This document shows positions 10,141 through 20,628 of a stretch of DNA of 54,430 nt, piece after piece. The translations under genes were made by a program, and so were the position numbers. The first letter of the stretch is position 1. Every line of letters begins with the position of its first letter. The notes under the pieces are model-generated. The model was not told the origin of the DNA. It searched no databases and saw only the letters and a program-made list of their open reading frames with translations. This DNA comes from an uncultured Eubacteriales bacterium (GTDB lineage Bacteria > Bacillota > Clostridia > Christensenellales > CAG-138), in contig CADAZC010000021.1 in the NCBI GenBank assembly GCA_902792295.1, positions 1 through 54,430 on the forward strand, read 5' to 3'.

Positions 10141-11042
10141 TGAAAAAACGGCTCCGTATCGCGGCATTGCTGATTCTGATGCTTGCGCTTGCCTGCGCAC
10201 ACCCGCAGCAGGCGGAAGCACCGGATACGCCTGCGCCTGCGGAGCAAACCGATCCGGTCGATGTCGTCGCGACGCCGGTATCCGACATGGTTTCGTACGA
10301 AGCGACGCCCGAACCGGTCGTACCGACGCCGACGCCCACGCCCACACCCGTGCCGACGCCGACGCCGTCGCCCACGCCCGCGCCGCTTGAAGGCGTCACG
10401 ATCGGGCTGGATCCGGGGCATCAGCAGCGCGCGAACTTCAGCACCGAACCGATCGCGCCGGGCGAAAAGACGGAGAAGGCAAAGTGCTCCTCCGGCACGC
10501 GCGGCATCGTGACCGGCGTTTATGAATACGAGGTCAATCTGAAGGTCGCATTGAAGCTGCGCAGACTTCTGGAGCAGAACGGCGCAACGGTGGTGCTTAC
10601 ACGCACGACGAACAACGTAAACCTTTCCAACCGTTCGCGCGCGGAGTATTTCAACGACCGCGAGGTCGATCTTGCGATTCTTCTGTACTGCAACGGCGCA
10701 GACGACACGGGCATTCGCGGCGCGTTCATGCTGCTGCCGACCAAGGAGCGCACGTCATTCTTCAGCGAAAACGCGCGGGCGGCGACGACGATCCTCGAGC
10801 ACTACTGCGCAGCGACCGGACTTCCGACGCGAAAAGGCAACGGCATCGTGTATACCGCCACGCAAACGGCGTTCAACTGGTGCACACGACCGATTATTTG
10901 CATAGAAATGGGTCATTTGAGCAACGAATCAGACGACTTGCTCTTGACGAACAACGCTTTTCAAGATAAGATGGCTGTTGGGATCTATGAGGGTATCTTT
11001 GCATACCTGCATCCCGATTCGGCTTCAGAAGGAGGAGACTGA
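10140..11042 (+). CDS. N-acetylmuramoyl-L-alanine amidase (Amidase_3) lipoprotein with Pro/Thr linker
   Basis: Lipobox LALAC, (PT)n linker, LDPGHQ, EYEVNL, IEMGHLSN. Confidence 0.85.
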   Translation: MKKRLRIAALLILMLALACAHPQQAEAPDTPAPAEQTDPVDVVATPVSDMVSYEATPEPVVPTPTPTPTPVPTPTPSPTPAPLEGVTIGLDPGHQQRANFSTEPIAPGEKTEKAKCSSGTRGIVTGVYEYEVNLKVALKLRRLLEQNGATVVLTRTTNNVNLSNRSRAEYFNDREVDLAILLYCNGADDTGIRGAFMLLPTKERTSFFSENARAATTILEHYCAATGLPTRKGNGIVYTATQTAFNWCTRPIICIEMGHLSNESDDLLLTNNAFQDKMAVGIYEGIFAYLHPDSASEGGD

Positions 11043-12262
11043 TGAACAAACCGATCTGCGTACGGTCCGAGGTCGGAAAACTGAAGACGGTCATGCTGCA
11101 CTGCCCGGGCACGGAACTGGAAAACCTGATGCCCGACTACCTTGCGCGGCAGCTGTTCGACGACATTCCGTATCTTGTTCACGCAAAGGTGGAGCACGAT
11201 CAGTTCGCGCAGACGCTGCGCGACTGCGGCGTCGAGGTTCTGTATCTGACGACGCTGCTCAAGGAAGCGGTCGAGGCGGCGAACGCCAGGGACGAGCTGA
11301 TCTGGGAGTACATCCGCGAAGCGAACATCGCGGCGGAAGGCGCCGAACAGGCGGTCAACGAATACCTTTCTTCGCTGCCGCTGGATCGGCTGATCCAGGT
11401 TCTGGCGGGCGGCGTCCGCAAGAGCGACATCCCGAAGGTCGAAAAGCGGCATCTGGTCGACTACACGGACGACAAGTACCCGTTCTACGTCGATCCCATG
11501 CCGAACCTCTATTTCACGCGCGACCCGTTCATGAACGTCGGCGACGGCGTGCTGATCTCGCGCATGGCGAACGAGGTCCGGCGCCGCGAAACGCTGTTTG
11601 CGAAATACATCTTCAAGTATCATCCGGTCTACAAATGGGTGCCGAAGTACCATGACCGCACCGACGTGCATTCGCTCGAAGGCGGCGACTGCCTTGTGCT
11701 TTCGGACAGAGCCGTTGCGTTCGGCATGTCGCAGCGCACCAGCGCGCAGGCGGTGGAGCTGGCGGCGAACCGGCTGATCGGCGAGCGCACCGGCATCCGC
11801 GAGATCCTTGCGGTCGACATCCCCAAGGTGCGCGCGTTCATGCATCTCGATACCGTCATGACGATGGTCGACGTCGATTCGTTCGTCGTGCATCCGAACA
11901 TTCTGCGCACGATGCGCGCGTTCCGGCTCACAAAGCCCGACGGACAGCGGCTGAAGATCGAAGAAGAAACGCGTCCGCTCGTCGACGTCTTCTCCGACGC
12001 GCTCGAACGGAAGGTCCGCTTCATCGAATGCGGCGGCGCAAGCGAGATCGACGCGGCGCGTGAGCAGTGGAACGACGGCGCAAACACGCTTTGCGTCGCG
12101 CCCGGCGAGGTCGTCACCTATTCGCGCAACTACGTGACGAACCGGATCCTGAGAGAAAACGGCATCACGGTCCACGAGATCCCGTCCGCGGAGCTTTCGA
12201 GAGGCCGCGGCGGTCCGCGCTGCATGAGCATGCCGTTCGTCCGCGAACCCGTTTCCAAATAA
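11042..12262 (+). CDS. arcA: Arginine deiminase
   Basis: SEVGKLK, PNLYFTRD, EGGD, MHLDTV, SAELSRGRGGPRCMSMP. Confidence 0.97.
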   Translation: MNKPICVRSEVGKLKTVMLHCPGTELENLMPDYLARQLFDDIPYLVHAKVEHDQFAQTLRDCGVEVLYLTTLLKEAVEAANARDELIWEYIREANIAAEGAEQAVNEYLSSLPLDRLIQVLAGGVRKSDIPKVEKRHLVDYTDDKYPFYVDPMPNLYFTRDPFMNVGDGVLISRMANEVRRRETLFAKYIFKYHPVYKWVPKYHDRTDVHSLEGGDCLVLSDRAVAFGMSQRTSAQAVELAANRLIGERTGIREILAVDIPKVRAFMHLDTVMTMVDVDSFVVHPNILRTMRAFRLTKPDGQRLKIEEETRPLVDVFSDALERKVRFIECGGASEIDAAREQWNDGANTLCVAPGEVVTYSRNYVTNRILRENGITVHEIPSAELSRGRGGPRCMSMPFVREPVSK

Positions 12263-12298
12263 GAAATCCAAAATATCACATACAGAAAGGAAAAAACT

Positions 12299-13291
12299 AT
12301 GTTCCAGGGAAGAAACTTTCTCACGCTGCTCGACTACACACCCGACGAGATCCGCGCGCTTTTGAAGCTTGCGCATCAGGTCAAGGCCGAAAAGAAACAG
12401 GGCATTTTCCCGAAGCGCATGGCGAACAAGAACGTCGTGCTGCTGTTCGAGAAAACCAGCACCCGCACCCGCTGCGCGTTTGAGACCGCGGCGTACGACG
12501 AGGGCGCAAACGTCACGTTTTTGAGCAACAGCCAGATGGGCAAGAAGGAATCGCTTGAAGACACCGCAAAGGTGCTCGGCAGATTCTACGACGGCATCGA
12601 GTTCCGCGGCTTCAAGCAGGAGACCGTCGAACTGCTCGCCAAATACAGCGGCGTTCCGGTGTGGAACGGTCTTACGGACCTCTATCATCCCACGCAGGTC
12701 CTTGCGGACTGGATGACGATCGAGGAGCACGTCAATAAACCCCTCAATAAGGTCAAGTTCGTGTACGTCGGCGACGCGCGCAACAACATGGGCAACTCCC
12801 TGATGATCGGCTGCGCCAAGATGGGCATGCACTTCGTCGGCATCGCGCCGAAGGCGTTGTTCCCGTCCGAGGAGCTCGTGAACAAGATGCGTGAGCTCTG
12901 CAAGGAGACCGGAGGCCAAATCGAGCTTTCCGATTCGATCGATGCGGTCGAGGGCGCGGACGTCATCTACACCGACGTCTGGGTATCCATGGGCGAGGAA
13001 GCGCAGTTCGAAGAGCGCATCCGTCTTCTGGAGCCGTACCGCGTGACGATGGACATGCTGAAGAAGACCGGCAATCCGGACGTCATCTTCGAGCACTGCC
13101 TGCCGTCGTTCCACGACCTTGAGACGAGCGTCGGCAAGGATATCTACGATCGCTTCGGGCTCAAAGAGATGGAAGTTTCCGACGAGGTCTTCCGTTCGAA
13201 GCACAGCGTCGTGTTCGACGAGGCGGAGAACCGCATGCACACGATCAAGGCGGTCATGGTCGCCACGATGTCCGACACGCTGGATAAATAA
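12299..13291 (+). CDS. arcB: Ornithine carbamoyltransferase (probably catabolic)
   Basis: STRTR, HPTQ, DVWVSMG, HCLP; follows arcA. Confidence 0.93.
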   Translation: MFQGRNFLTLLDYTPDEIRALLKLAHQVKAEKKQGIFPKRMANKNVVLLFEKTSTRTRCAFETAAYDEGANVTFLSNSQMGKKESLEDTAKVLGRFYDGIEFRGFKQETVELLAKYSGVPVWNGLTDLYHPTQVLADWMTIEEHVNKPLNKVKFVYVGDARNNMGNSLMIGCAKMGMHFVGIAPKALFPSEELVNKMRELCKETGGQIELSDSIDAVEGADVIYTDVWVSMGEEAQFEERIRLLEPYRVTMDMLKKTGNPDVIFEHCLPSFHDLETSVGKDIYDRFGLKEMEVSDEVFRSKHSVVFDEAENRMHTIKAVMVATMSDTLDK

Positions 13292-13332
13292 TCGGCAAAT
13301 CGCATAGAACACGGTCGAAAAACAGATCGTCA

Positions 13333-13371
13333 AACAAAAAGCAGATGCGAAACAACATCTGCTTTTTTGTT
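13333..13371 (+). terminator. Intrinsic terminator after arcB
   Basis: aaaaagcagatg/catctgcttttt inverted repeat. Confidence 0.75.
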
Positions 13372-13497
13372 ATGAAATCGCCGGTTTTCCGGGCGTAAAA
13401 CGGCATGTAAATCATATATTTTATTTGACAAAACCCGAAAAAAGTGTTAATCTTTATACGTCCCAATCAATAAAAATTCAAAGGGGGTTTATTGGGT

Positions 13498-14898
13498 ATG
13501 ACAGGGATATGGCTCATTATTGCGTTCGTCATAGCGATCGCTGCGATGATCCTGCTGATCTCGAAACTGAAGGTACATCCCTTCCTCGCGATCATGCTGA
13601 TTTCTCTCATTCTGGCGCTGATTGCGGGCATTTCTCTGGTCGACATCAAAGACGAGGCGGGGAAAGTTGTTGAAAAAGGAATCCCGACAATCATCAACGA
13701 AGGTTTTGCAAACACCTTTAAGTCCATCGGTATCGTCATTATTCTCGGCGCATTTATCGGAACCGTTCTTGAAAAGACGGGCGCCGCATTGAAGCTTGCC
13801 GATATGGTCATCAAGGTGGTCGGCGAAAAGAATCCGGGTCTTGCGGTCGAGCTCATGGGCTGGGTCGTTTCCATTCCGGTCTTCTGCGACAGCGGCTTCG
13901 TCATTCTGAACCCGATCCGCAAAGCGCTCGTCAAGCGCACCGGCAAATCGAGCGTTGCGATGACGGTCTGCCTTTCCTGCGGTCTGTACATTGCGCACGT
14001 ATTCATCCCGCCGACACCCGGCCCGATTGCTGCAGCCGGATATCTCGGAATTGCAGAAAATCTGTTGCTGGTCATCGGCATCGGCGTTCTTTGCTCGATC
14101 TTCCCGCTGATTGCAGGTTTCTTCTATGCGAAGTTCATCGGCAAGAAGATCAAGAGCGCAGACGAAGTGACCGATAACGGCGAAGTCGTCAAGACGTATG
14201 AAGAACTCAAGGCGGAGTTCGGCAAGCTTCCGAACGGCGTCATTACAATCGCTCCTCTGGTGGTCCCGATCCTTCTGATGGCTGCGTCCTCCATTATTTC
14301 GATGGCAGGCGGAACCGGCTTCTTCGCGAACCTGTTCATGTTCCTCGGCACACCGATCATGGCGCTTTCCGTCGGCACGGTTCTTGCAATCGTTCTGTTG
14401 TTCGTGAGCAAGAAGGGCAAGGACTTCTATAATATCACGAATGAAACACTGAAATCCGTCGGCCCGATTTTGTTCATCACGGCGGCCGGCGGCGTTCTCG
14501 GCAACGTCATCTCGGCATCCGGCCTGATCGGATTCATCACCGCGCCCGAGAGAGTAAACATTCTGAAGGCATTGGGTATTTTCTTCCCGTTCCTCCTGTC
14601 GGCAATTCTCAAGTGTGCGCAGGGTTCCTCCACGGTCGCGATCACGACCACGGCAAGTATCGTTGCGCCGCTTCTCGGCGCGCTCGGCTTTGCAACGCCC
14701 GTTGAGATCGCGCTTGTCGTTATGGCGATCGGCGCCGGCGCAATGACCGTGTCCCACGCGAACGACAGCTACTTCTGGGTCGTCACCAACTTCGGCGATA
14801 TGACGCCGGAACAGGGCTACAAGACGCAGACGCTGATGACGCTGGTCATCGGTCTTGCTTCGATGGTCGAGATCTTCATTCTCAGCTTGATCTTCTGA
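13498..14898 (+). CDS. GntP family organic-acid permease (probably glycerate)
   Basis: KLKVHPFLA, IPVFCDSGFVIL, PPTPGP, SHANDSYFWVV; TTGACA at 13425. Confidence 0.9.
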   Translation: MTGIWLIIAFVIAIAAMILLISKLKVHPFLAIMLISLILALIAGISLVDIKDEAGKVVEKGIPTIINEGFANTFKSIGIVIILGAFIGTVLEKTGAALKLADMVIKVVGEKNPGLAVELMGWVVSIPVFCDSGFVILNPIRKALVKRTGKSSVAMTVCLSCGLYIAHVFIPPTPGPIAAAGYLGIAENLLLVIGIGVLCSIFPLIAGFFYAKFIGKKIKSADEVTDNGEVVKTYEELKAEFGKLPNGVITIAPLVVPILLMAASSIISMAGGTGFFANLFMFLGTPIMALSVGTVLAIVLLFVSKKGKDFYNITNETLKSVGPILFITAAGGVLGNVISASGLIGFITAPERVNILKALGIFFPFLLSAILKCAQGSSTVAITTTASIVAPLLGALGFATPVEIALVVMAIGAGAMTVSHANDSYFWVVTNFGDMTPEQGYKTQTLMTLVIGLASMVEIFILSLIF

Positions 14899-14956
14899 TC
14901 CGGGCAAACGGCGCGCTGTCATTTTTGACAGCGCGCTTTCGTTATTAGGAGGTACT

Positions 14957-16192
14957 ATGAATCAATTGCTACGTTCTCATGCGGATCTGATCGTAAAGGA
15001 TGCGATCGCCGCCGTGCAGCCGGACGCCGCGGTGCAGCGTGCGCTGGAAAAGATGCATTTCCCGGGACGCGTTTTATTGGTCGCCGCGGGCAAGGCCGCG
15101 TGGCAGATGGCGAAAGCCGCGTCCGACGTGCTGAAAAGCCGGATCGAAAAGGGCGTTGTCGTCACCAAGTACGGACACGTGATGGGACCGATCGCCAATT
15201 TCGACTGCTTCGAAGCGGGGCATCCCGTGCCGGATGAAAACTCGTTCAAGGGCACACAGGCGGCGCTCGACCTCGTTGCGGACCTCTCCGAGCAGGACAC
15301 CGTTCTGTTCCTGCTTTCCGGCGGCGGCAGCGCACTGTTTGAAAAGCCGCTGGTACCCGCAGCGGAACTGCAGGATATCACCGGGCAGCTTTTGGCGTGC
15401 GGCGCGGACATCACCGAAATCAACACCATCCGCAAGCGCCTTTCACAGGTCAAGGGCGGACGGTTCGCGCAGATCTGCTGGCCGGCAAGGGTCGAAGCGG
15501 TCATCCTTTCGGACATCCTCGGCGACCCGCTCGACATGATCGCGTCCGGTCCCGCCTGTCCCGACTCCTCCACGGCGGAGGATGCGCAGCGCATCGCAAA
15601 GAAATACGGTCTTAAAATGTCGGATGCGGCGCGCGCGCTTCTGGATGTGGAAACGCCGAAGGTGCTCAATAACGTGCGCTCGCAGATCAACGGCAGCGTG
15701 CGCGAACTGTGCGCCGCTGCGGCAAAGACGTGCATGCAGCTCGGCTACACGCCGGTGCTGCTCACGGATCAGCTCTGCTGTCAGGCAAAGGAGGCGGGCA
15801 GCTTCCTTGCGACGATTCTGAAAACGCATGCCTTCGACGGCGAGTCGCTTGCGTTCATCGCGGGCGGCGAAACGGTGGTCAAGCTCATCGGCAAGGGACT
15901 GGGCGGACGCAATCAGGAACTGGCGCTTGCCGCCGCAGCCGGGATCGCGGGCATGAAAAACGCAGCCGTCTTCTCGGTGGGCAGCGACGGCACCGACGGA
16001 CCGACCGACGCCGCGGGCGGCTACACCGACGGCGATACCGTTGCAGAGCTCAAAAACTACGGACTCACCGTGGACGACGTGCTCAACAACAACGATGCCT
16101 ATCATGCGCTCGGAAAGACCGGCGGACTCATTATGACGGGTCCCACCGGCACGAACGTCAACGACGTTGCGGTCGCGCTGCTTCGCGCGTAA
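14957..16192 (+). CDS. Glycerate kinase type 2 (DUF4147/MOFRL)
   Basis: AGKAAWQMA, GHPVPD, SGGGSAL, GGRNQE, DGTDG, TGPTGTNVND. Confidence 0.92.
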   Translation: MNQLLRSHADLIVKDAIAAVQPDAAVQRALEKMHFPGRVLLVAAGKAAWQMAKAASDVLKSRIEKGVVVTKYGHVMGPIANFDCFEAGHPVPDENSFKGTQAALDLVADLSEQDTVLFLLSGGGSALFEKPLVPAAELQDITGQLLACGADITEINTIRKRLSQVKGGRFAQICWPARVEAVILSDILGDPLDMIASGPACPDSSTAEDAQRIAKKYGLKMSDAARALLDVETPKVLNNVRSQINGSVRELCAAAAKTCMQLGYTPVLLTDQLCCQAKEAGSFLATILKTHAFDGESLAFIAGGETVVKLIGKGLGGRNQELALAAAAGIAGMKNAAVFSVGSDGTDGPTDAAGGYTDGDTVAELKNYGLTVDDVLNNNDAYHALGKTGGLIMTGPTGTNVNDVAVALLRA

Positions 16193-16203
16193 GATTCAAA
16201 AGA

Positions 16204-16232
16204 AAAAGAGCCCTGCTTCTGCAGGGCTCTTT
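16204..16232. terminator. Bidirectional terminator
   Basis: aaagagccctgc/gcagggctcttt inverted repeat. Confidence 0.75.
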
Positions 16233-16241
16233 GATTGTTGA

Positions 16242-16433
16242 TTAGTTCTCTTTCTTTTCCGGTTCGATCACAACGTCCGCTTTTGCTTCTTCTTTTTTCT
16301 GATCTTCCTTATCCGCCCAGTCCGAAACCGCCTTTGCGCCGGTCTTGACGGATTTCACGATGCTGCTGCCGAGGTCTTTGCCGAGCTCGCCGAAGTCCTG
16401 ACCGACTTTCTTCCAGCTTTCCTTTAACGACAT
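16242..16433 (-). CDS. Small hypothetical protein (63 aa)
   Basis: SD aaggag, own TTGTCA-17-TATACT promoter, amphipathic Lys-rich sequence. Confidence 0.75.
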   Translation of the reverse strand: MSLKESWKKVGQDFGELGKDLGSSIVKSVKTGAKAVSDWADKEDQKKEEAKADVVIEPEKKEN

Positions 16434-16492
16434 ACGCGTATCTCCTTTGCCTTTTTTCTACAGTATATCATATTCTGCGGAGTTGACAAGAC

Positions 16493-18208
16493 TCAATCCC
16501 AGATACGGTATGCCATCAGGAAGTGTTCCTTCCAGTATTTGCTGGAGAGGATGCTGCTCGTGATGCGGACCTTGCCCTTTGAGGAGGACGCATCGATCAT
16601 TTTGCCGCTGCCGAGGTAGATGCCGACGTGACCGGTCGACATGGAGCTGCCCTTGAACACAAGGACGTCGCCGCGCTTCAGCTGGCTCATCGATGTGATG
16701 CGCATATATTTCGTACAGCTTCGCCATGCAATGCTGGTCATATAGCTCTGCTTGACGCCCGCCTGGTTCAAGCACCAGTATACGAAGCCGGAGCAGTCGA
16801 ACCGGTCCGGTCCTTTCGCGCCGCGCACGTATTTGCAGCCGAGCTTGCTTTCCGCGATGGCGATAAACGCTTCCTTGCCCTTCCCGTAATTGATCGTGCT
16901 GCCGCCGGGTTTCGGCGTCGGCGTCGAGCCGGGCTTCGGGGTGGTTTTCGCTGTTGTGCCGGGCTTCTTGGTCGTCGACGGTTTCTTCGTGGGCTTCGGC
17001 GTTGCTGGCTTCGGCGTTGCCGGCGCGTGCTTCGCGTCTTCGCTCAAAAGCAGTTCCATCGTGTCCGGATTGACCGTGCCGTCGTTTTTCAGATCGTTGC
17101 GCAGCTGGAAGGACTTGACCGCATCCTTGGTCTTGTCGCCGTAATAACCGGTAATCTGTCCTTTGGTAAGATAACCGAAATGCGCAAGCCGACGCTGGAT
17201 CTGCAGCACGTCCGTGCCTTCGGCGCCGAGGTTGAACAAATAGGATTCGCCGCCGGTCTTCAATAGATCAACGGTCGATAATCCGAGACAGCCGTCCACA
17301 ACGAGCCCGTTCTGCTCCTGATAGCGGCGTACCGCGCACTGCGTATACCGGTCAAACTCGCCGCTCGGCAGGACGGTCAGATAACCCAGATCAAACAGCT
17401 GCTCCTGACAGGACTTGATCACGTCGTCCTTTTCGCCGAGCCCGTAGAAATTGGGAACGGTGGATTCGCCGAGCAGCACCTCAAACGCCTCATTGTCGAT
17501 GATGACGTCGGATTTCAGCTTGTTTTTCAGGCGGAACCGCTTTACCGCGGCTTCCGTGTCCGCATCGTATTCGCCGAAGGGGGTCCCCTCGAGATAGCCG
17601 AGTTCGATCAGACGTTCCTTTGCAAGCTCCACGTCGTCGCCGGTCGAGCCGCGCACCATGGCATAGGTCAGCGCACCGTCGGAGAACAGCTTTTCAAAGG
17701 TCGCGGCGTCGCAGATGCCGTTTGCATGCATACCGTTTCGCACCTGAAATGCGCGCACCGCGTCCGCGGTGCCTTCGGAGTATTCGTCGTCCGGCTGTTC
17801 AAAGTCCAGATAATCCAGCTCCATCAGCCGGATCTGAATGTCCAGAACGATCGGTTCCTCGTCGCCGGCCAAAAGCGTATCGCCGTTCAGGGGATGGCGC
17901 GACGGCGTGGGCGTCGGGGAAGGCGTCGGCGTGGGAGAAGGGGTGGGCGTCGGCGCAAAGGACGGCTCCGGCGTATCCAGCGCGGGGTCGGGCGTCACAA
18001 GCGCCTGCACGGGCGTCGCGGGGATCTCGTAGGCAACGTCGTCAACGACATTGGAAGGCAGATCCAGAACGACGTTGTCGATCCCCCCGTCACGGTGCGA
18101 ACCGGCGGTCGCCGCGCAGCCGATCAGCAGCGCGGCAAGAGTGCCGGCTGCAAAATAAGCGATATGCGCCGCGATGCGCTTCGGTTTGATTCCGTTCGGG
18201 CGTTCCAT
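16493..18208 (-). CDS. NlpC/P60 peptidoglycan endopeptidase with multiple PG-binding domains
   Basis: N-terminal TM, PT linker, repeated Q.RL..LGYL...G.Y...T..AV..FQ..NGL units, FDCSGFV and GHVGIY. Confidence 0.9.
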   Translation of the reverse strand: MERPNGIKPKRIAAHIAYFAAGTLAALLIGCAATAGSHRDGGIDNVVLDLPSNVVDDVAYEIPATPVQALVTPDPALDTPEPSFAPTPTPSPTPTPSPTPTPSRHPLNGDTLLAGDEEPIVLDIQIRLMELDYLDFEQPDDEYSEGTADAVRAFQVRNGMHANGICDAATFEKLFSDGALTYAMVRGSTGDDVELAKERLIELGYLEGTPFGEYDADTEAAVKRFRLKNKLKSDVIIDNEAFEVLLGESTVPNFYGLGEKDDVIKSCQEQLFDLGYLTVLPSGEFDRYTQCAVRRYQEQNGLVVDGCLGLSTVDLLKTGGESYLFNLGAEGTDVLQIQRRLAHFGYLTKGQITGYYGDKTKDAVKSFQLRNDLKNDGTVNPDTMELLLSEDAKHAPATPKPATPKPTKKPSTTKKPGTTAKTTPKPGSTPTPKPGGSTINYGKGKEAFIAIAESKLGCKYVRGAKGPDRFDCSGFVYWCLNQAGVKQSYMTSIAWRSCTKYMRITSMSQLKRGDVLVFKGSSMSTGHVGIYLGSGKMIDASSSKGKVRITSSILSSKYWKEHFLMAYRIWD

Positions 18209-18363
18209 CGGAGCTCTCCTTTTCGTATATCTTCGGATAATATCAGTATAGCGCGGGAATGCAAGCAAAGTGTGCCTATTTTATGAACAATCCGAAACAG
18301 TTGTGTTAAAAGATGTCGAAAATCAAAAAAGCCCGGTCAAACCGGGCGAAAAAGGTCGGATCA

Positions 18364-19569
18364 TCAGCCGTGCAGGAGCACGTTTTTGAAATAGGTTTTT
18401 AAACTTTCGACCGTCTCGGTCATGCCGGCGGGTTTCTTCGCGCTGCCCTGCGCGAGCGTGCCGCGTCCGCCGCCGTTGCCGGAAAACGCCGTGTTGACCG
18501 CCGCGATCAAAAGCCCCGTATCCGTCTTGATCCCGTTCGAGGCGAGCAGATAGGACACGCGGTCGCCCGTGTCGGAAAAGAGCACGGAGAGCGCCCGGTC
18601 GGTCATCGTTGCGCCCGCGATCGCGCGGAGCCGCTTTGCGTCCACGCTTTCGAGCGTCTTCACGATCAGCTTCACGCCGTTTACGTCCTCGGCTTCGGCT
18701 TTCAGCGCTTTTGCAAGATATTCGTCCAGCGCGGCGTACGCCTGCCGGAGTGCCTTTTTGGTTTCGGAAAGCTCATCCGCCTGCTTCTGTACCGCCGCCT
18801 CCGCCTGATCGCGTGACGTGGAGAAGCGCAAGGCGATCGCCGCCACCGTGTCCTGCATCGCCTGTGCATGGGAAAGCGCTCTCATGCCGCACAGAAACGT
18901 GCAGCGAGTGCCGCCCTTATAGGGGATCGCCTCGACGATCTTGAGCTGTCCGATCTCGCCGGTGCGCTTCACATGCGGCGCACAGCAGGTGCAGGCGTCG
19001 CTGCCCTCGATCGTGACGATGCGGATCGGTGCCGTGAGCCCCTCCGCATGCTTGCGGAGCGGAATGCCTTTCAGGTCCTCTTCGGTCTCATAGATCGTCG
19101 CCGTGACCGCCGCGTTCTCGGCGGCGAGGCGGTTTGCGAGGGTTTCGATCTCGGTGATCCCGTCGTGTCCGACCGGCTTGTCGAGATCGAGCGTCGCGTA
19201 GGTCAGGGCGCAATGGAAGCCCACATTCTGCGCGCCGAACAAATGCCACGCGCAGTAGGATAAAAGATGCTCGCCCGTGTGCTGCTGCATGATATCGAAC
19301 CGCCGCGCAAAGTCGATCTCGCCGCGCACCGCCGTGCCGACGGGGATCGCACGGTCCGCGCGATGCAGAAGCCGCTCGCCCTTTTCGTTCACGTCCGAAA
19401 CGACGGCGCCGCCGATCGTGCCGACGTCGCAGGGCTGCCCGCCCTTGTTCGGGAAGAACGCGCTTCTGTCAAGCTCGATGAGATATCCGTCTTCGTCGGG
19501 TTCGCACGCGGTCACGATTGCGTCGAACGCGGCAAGCATGCTGTCGGAAAGATAAAGCCGTTCGGTCAT
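18364..19569 (-). CDS. AlaX-L alanyl/seryl-tRNA editing protein with DHHA1 domain
   Basis: GGQPCD, QQHTGEH, CCAPH zinc ligands, GGGRG C-terminus. Confidence 0.88.
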   Translation of the reverse strand: MTERLYLSDSMLAAFDAIVTACEPDEDGYLIELDRSAFFPNKGGQPCDVGTIGGAVVSDVNEKGERLLHRADRAIPVGTAVRGEIDFARRFDIMQQHTGEHLLSYCAWHLFGAQNVGFHCALTYATLDLDKPVGHDGITEIETLANRLAAENAAVTATIYETEEDLKGIPLRKHAEGLTAPIRIVTIEGSDACTCCAPHVKRTGEIGQLKIVEAIPYKGGTRCTFLCGMRALSHAQAMQDTVAAIALRFSTSRDQAEAAVQKQADELSETKKALRQAYAALDEYLAKALKAEAEDVNGVKLIVKTLESVDAKRLRAIAGATMTDRALSVLFSDTGDRVSYLLASNGIKTDTGLLIAAVNTAFSGNGGGRGTLAQGSAKKPAGMTETVESLKTYFKNVLLHG

Positions 19570-20498
19570 ACGAGAATGCCTCCGAAGAATGTGAGATACA
19601 GGAAGAAGGTCAGAAGCGACAGCACGGTCGTCACGGCGATCAGCTCACCCGCAAGCTTCACATCGCCGCCGAGCCCCGACGCCATCGGCAGGCACGACAT
19701 TGCGACCGGCGAAGCGAACACGATGAACAGCGAGCCGAGCTCCGCGCCGCGGATCCCGCCGACAAAGTACGCGAGCGAGCAGAACAGCACGGGCAGCGCA
19801 ACGAGCTTCACCGCGCTCACCACGGTCACGATCTTCCAATCGGCTTTCAGCGATTTGAACGACAGCAGTCCGCCGAGCACCAGAAAGCCCAAAGGCGTGC
19901 ACATATGCTTGAAATATTCGATCGGCTTCAGGATCACGTACGGCAGCGTGAGCCCCGTAAAACGCACGATAAACGCGAGCGCCGCCGCGATGAGGATCGG
20001 GTTTTTCAGCGTGTTCAGGAGTATTTTGCCGACATGAATGGTTCCGCCGCGGTTCAGTTCATAGGCGAGCACGCCGAAGATCCCGAACATCGACGCCGAA
20101 ACGACCAGCGTGAACGCCATCGTGCCGGTATTGCTTTCACCGAACAGCGCCGCCGCAACGGCAAGCCCGAAGATGCCGTCGTTGCTGCGGAACGCGCACT
20201 GCGTGACCGTGCCGCGCCGCGCGGGATCCTTTGTAAGCAGGCGCGCAAGGAGCATGGCAAGCACGAAGGCGACGAAAATCGCTCCCGCGACCCAGAGCGC
20301 ATACTGCCAGCGCGCGGGCGTCCGGTCGGTGACGACGCTGTAAAACACCAGCGTCGGGATGCCGACGTAATACACGATGCGGTTCACGATGCGCAGCGCA
20401 TCCTCGGTGACGATGCCGACGCGGCGAAGAAGGAACCCGGTCGCCATCATCAGCACGAGCGGCATGACGATCTGAAAAGAAGTATTGAAGTATTCCAT
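19566..20498 (-). CDS. AEC (auxin efflux carrier) family transporter
   Basis: About 10 TM segments; AFRSN.G..GL, LKNPILIA, SPVA motifs. Confidence 0.85.
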   Translation of the reverse strand: MEYFNTSFQIVMPLVLMMATGFLLRRVGIVTEDALRIVNRIVYYVGIPTLVFYSVVTDRTPARWQYALWVAGAIFVAFVLAMLLARLLTKDPARRGTVTQCAFRSNDGIFGLAVAAALFGESNTGTMAFTLVVSASMFGIFGVLAYELNRGGTIHVGKILLNTLKNPILIAAALAFIVRFTGLTLPYVILKPIEYFKHMCTPLGFLVLGGLLSFKSLKADWKIVTVVSAVKLVALPVLFCSLAYFVGGIRGAELGSLFIVFASPVAMSCLPMASGLGGDVKLAGELIAVTTVLSLLTFFLYLTFFGGILV

Positions 20499-20505
20499 AC
20501 CCGAT

Positions 20506-20585
20506 ATTGTACCGTATCTTCACGCGGAATGCAACGATATATTCCGCGTACTTTCGTTGACATTCGGCGTCCCGCACCCTATAAT
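20506..20585. promoter_or_regulatory. Divergent SigA promoters for the AEC gene and arcC, with an inverted repeat
   Basis: +: TTGACA(20557)-17-TATAAT(20580); -: TTGCAT-17-TACAAT (20534-20506); cgcggaat-N10-attccgcg at 20523-20548. Confidence 0.75.
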
Positions 20586-20628
20586 GATAGCGGTATAGTA
20601 CGTGCAAAGCACGACAGGAGGATTGCAC

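Noticed and set aside
10320-10380. ccgacg-type short repeats here and at ~17900-17955
   Set aside because: Ordinary Pro-Thr linker codons in secreted proteins
13498-14898. Slightly lower-GC permease gene as a horizontally acquired island
   Set aside because: The shift is modest by eye and no att sites, integrase or IS ends are visible
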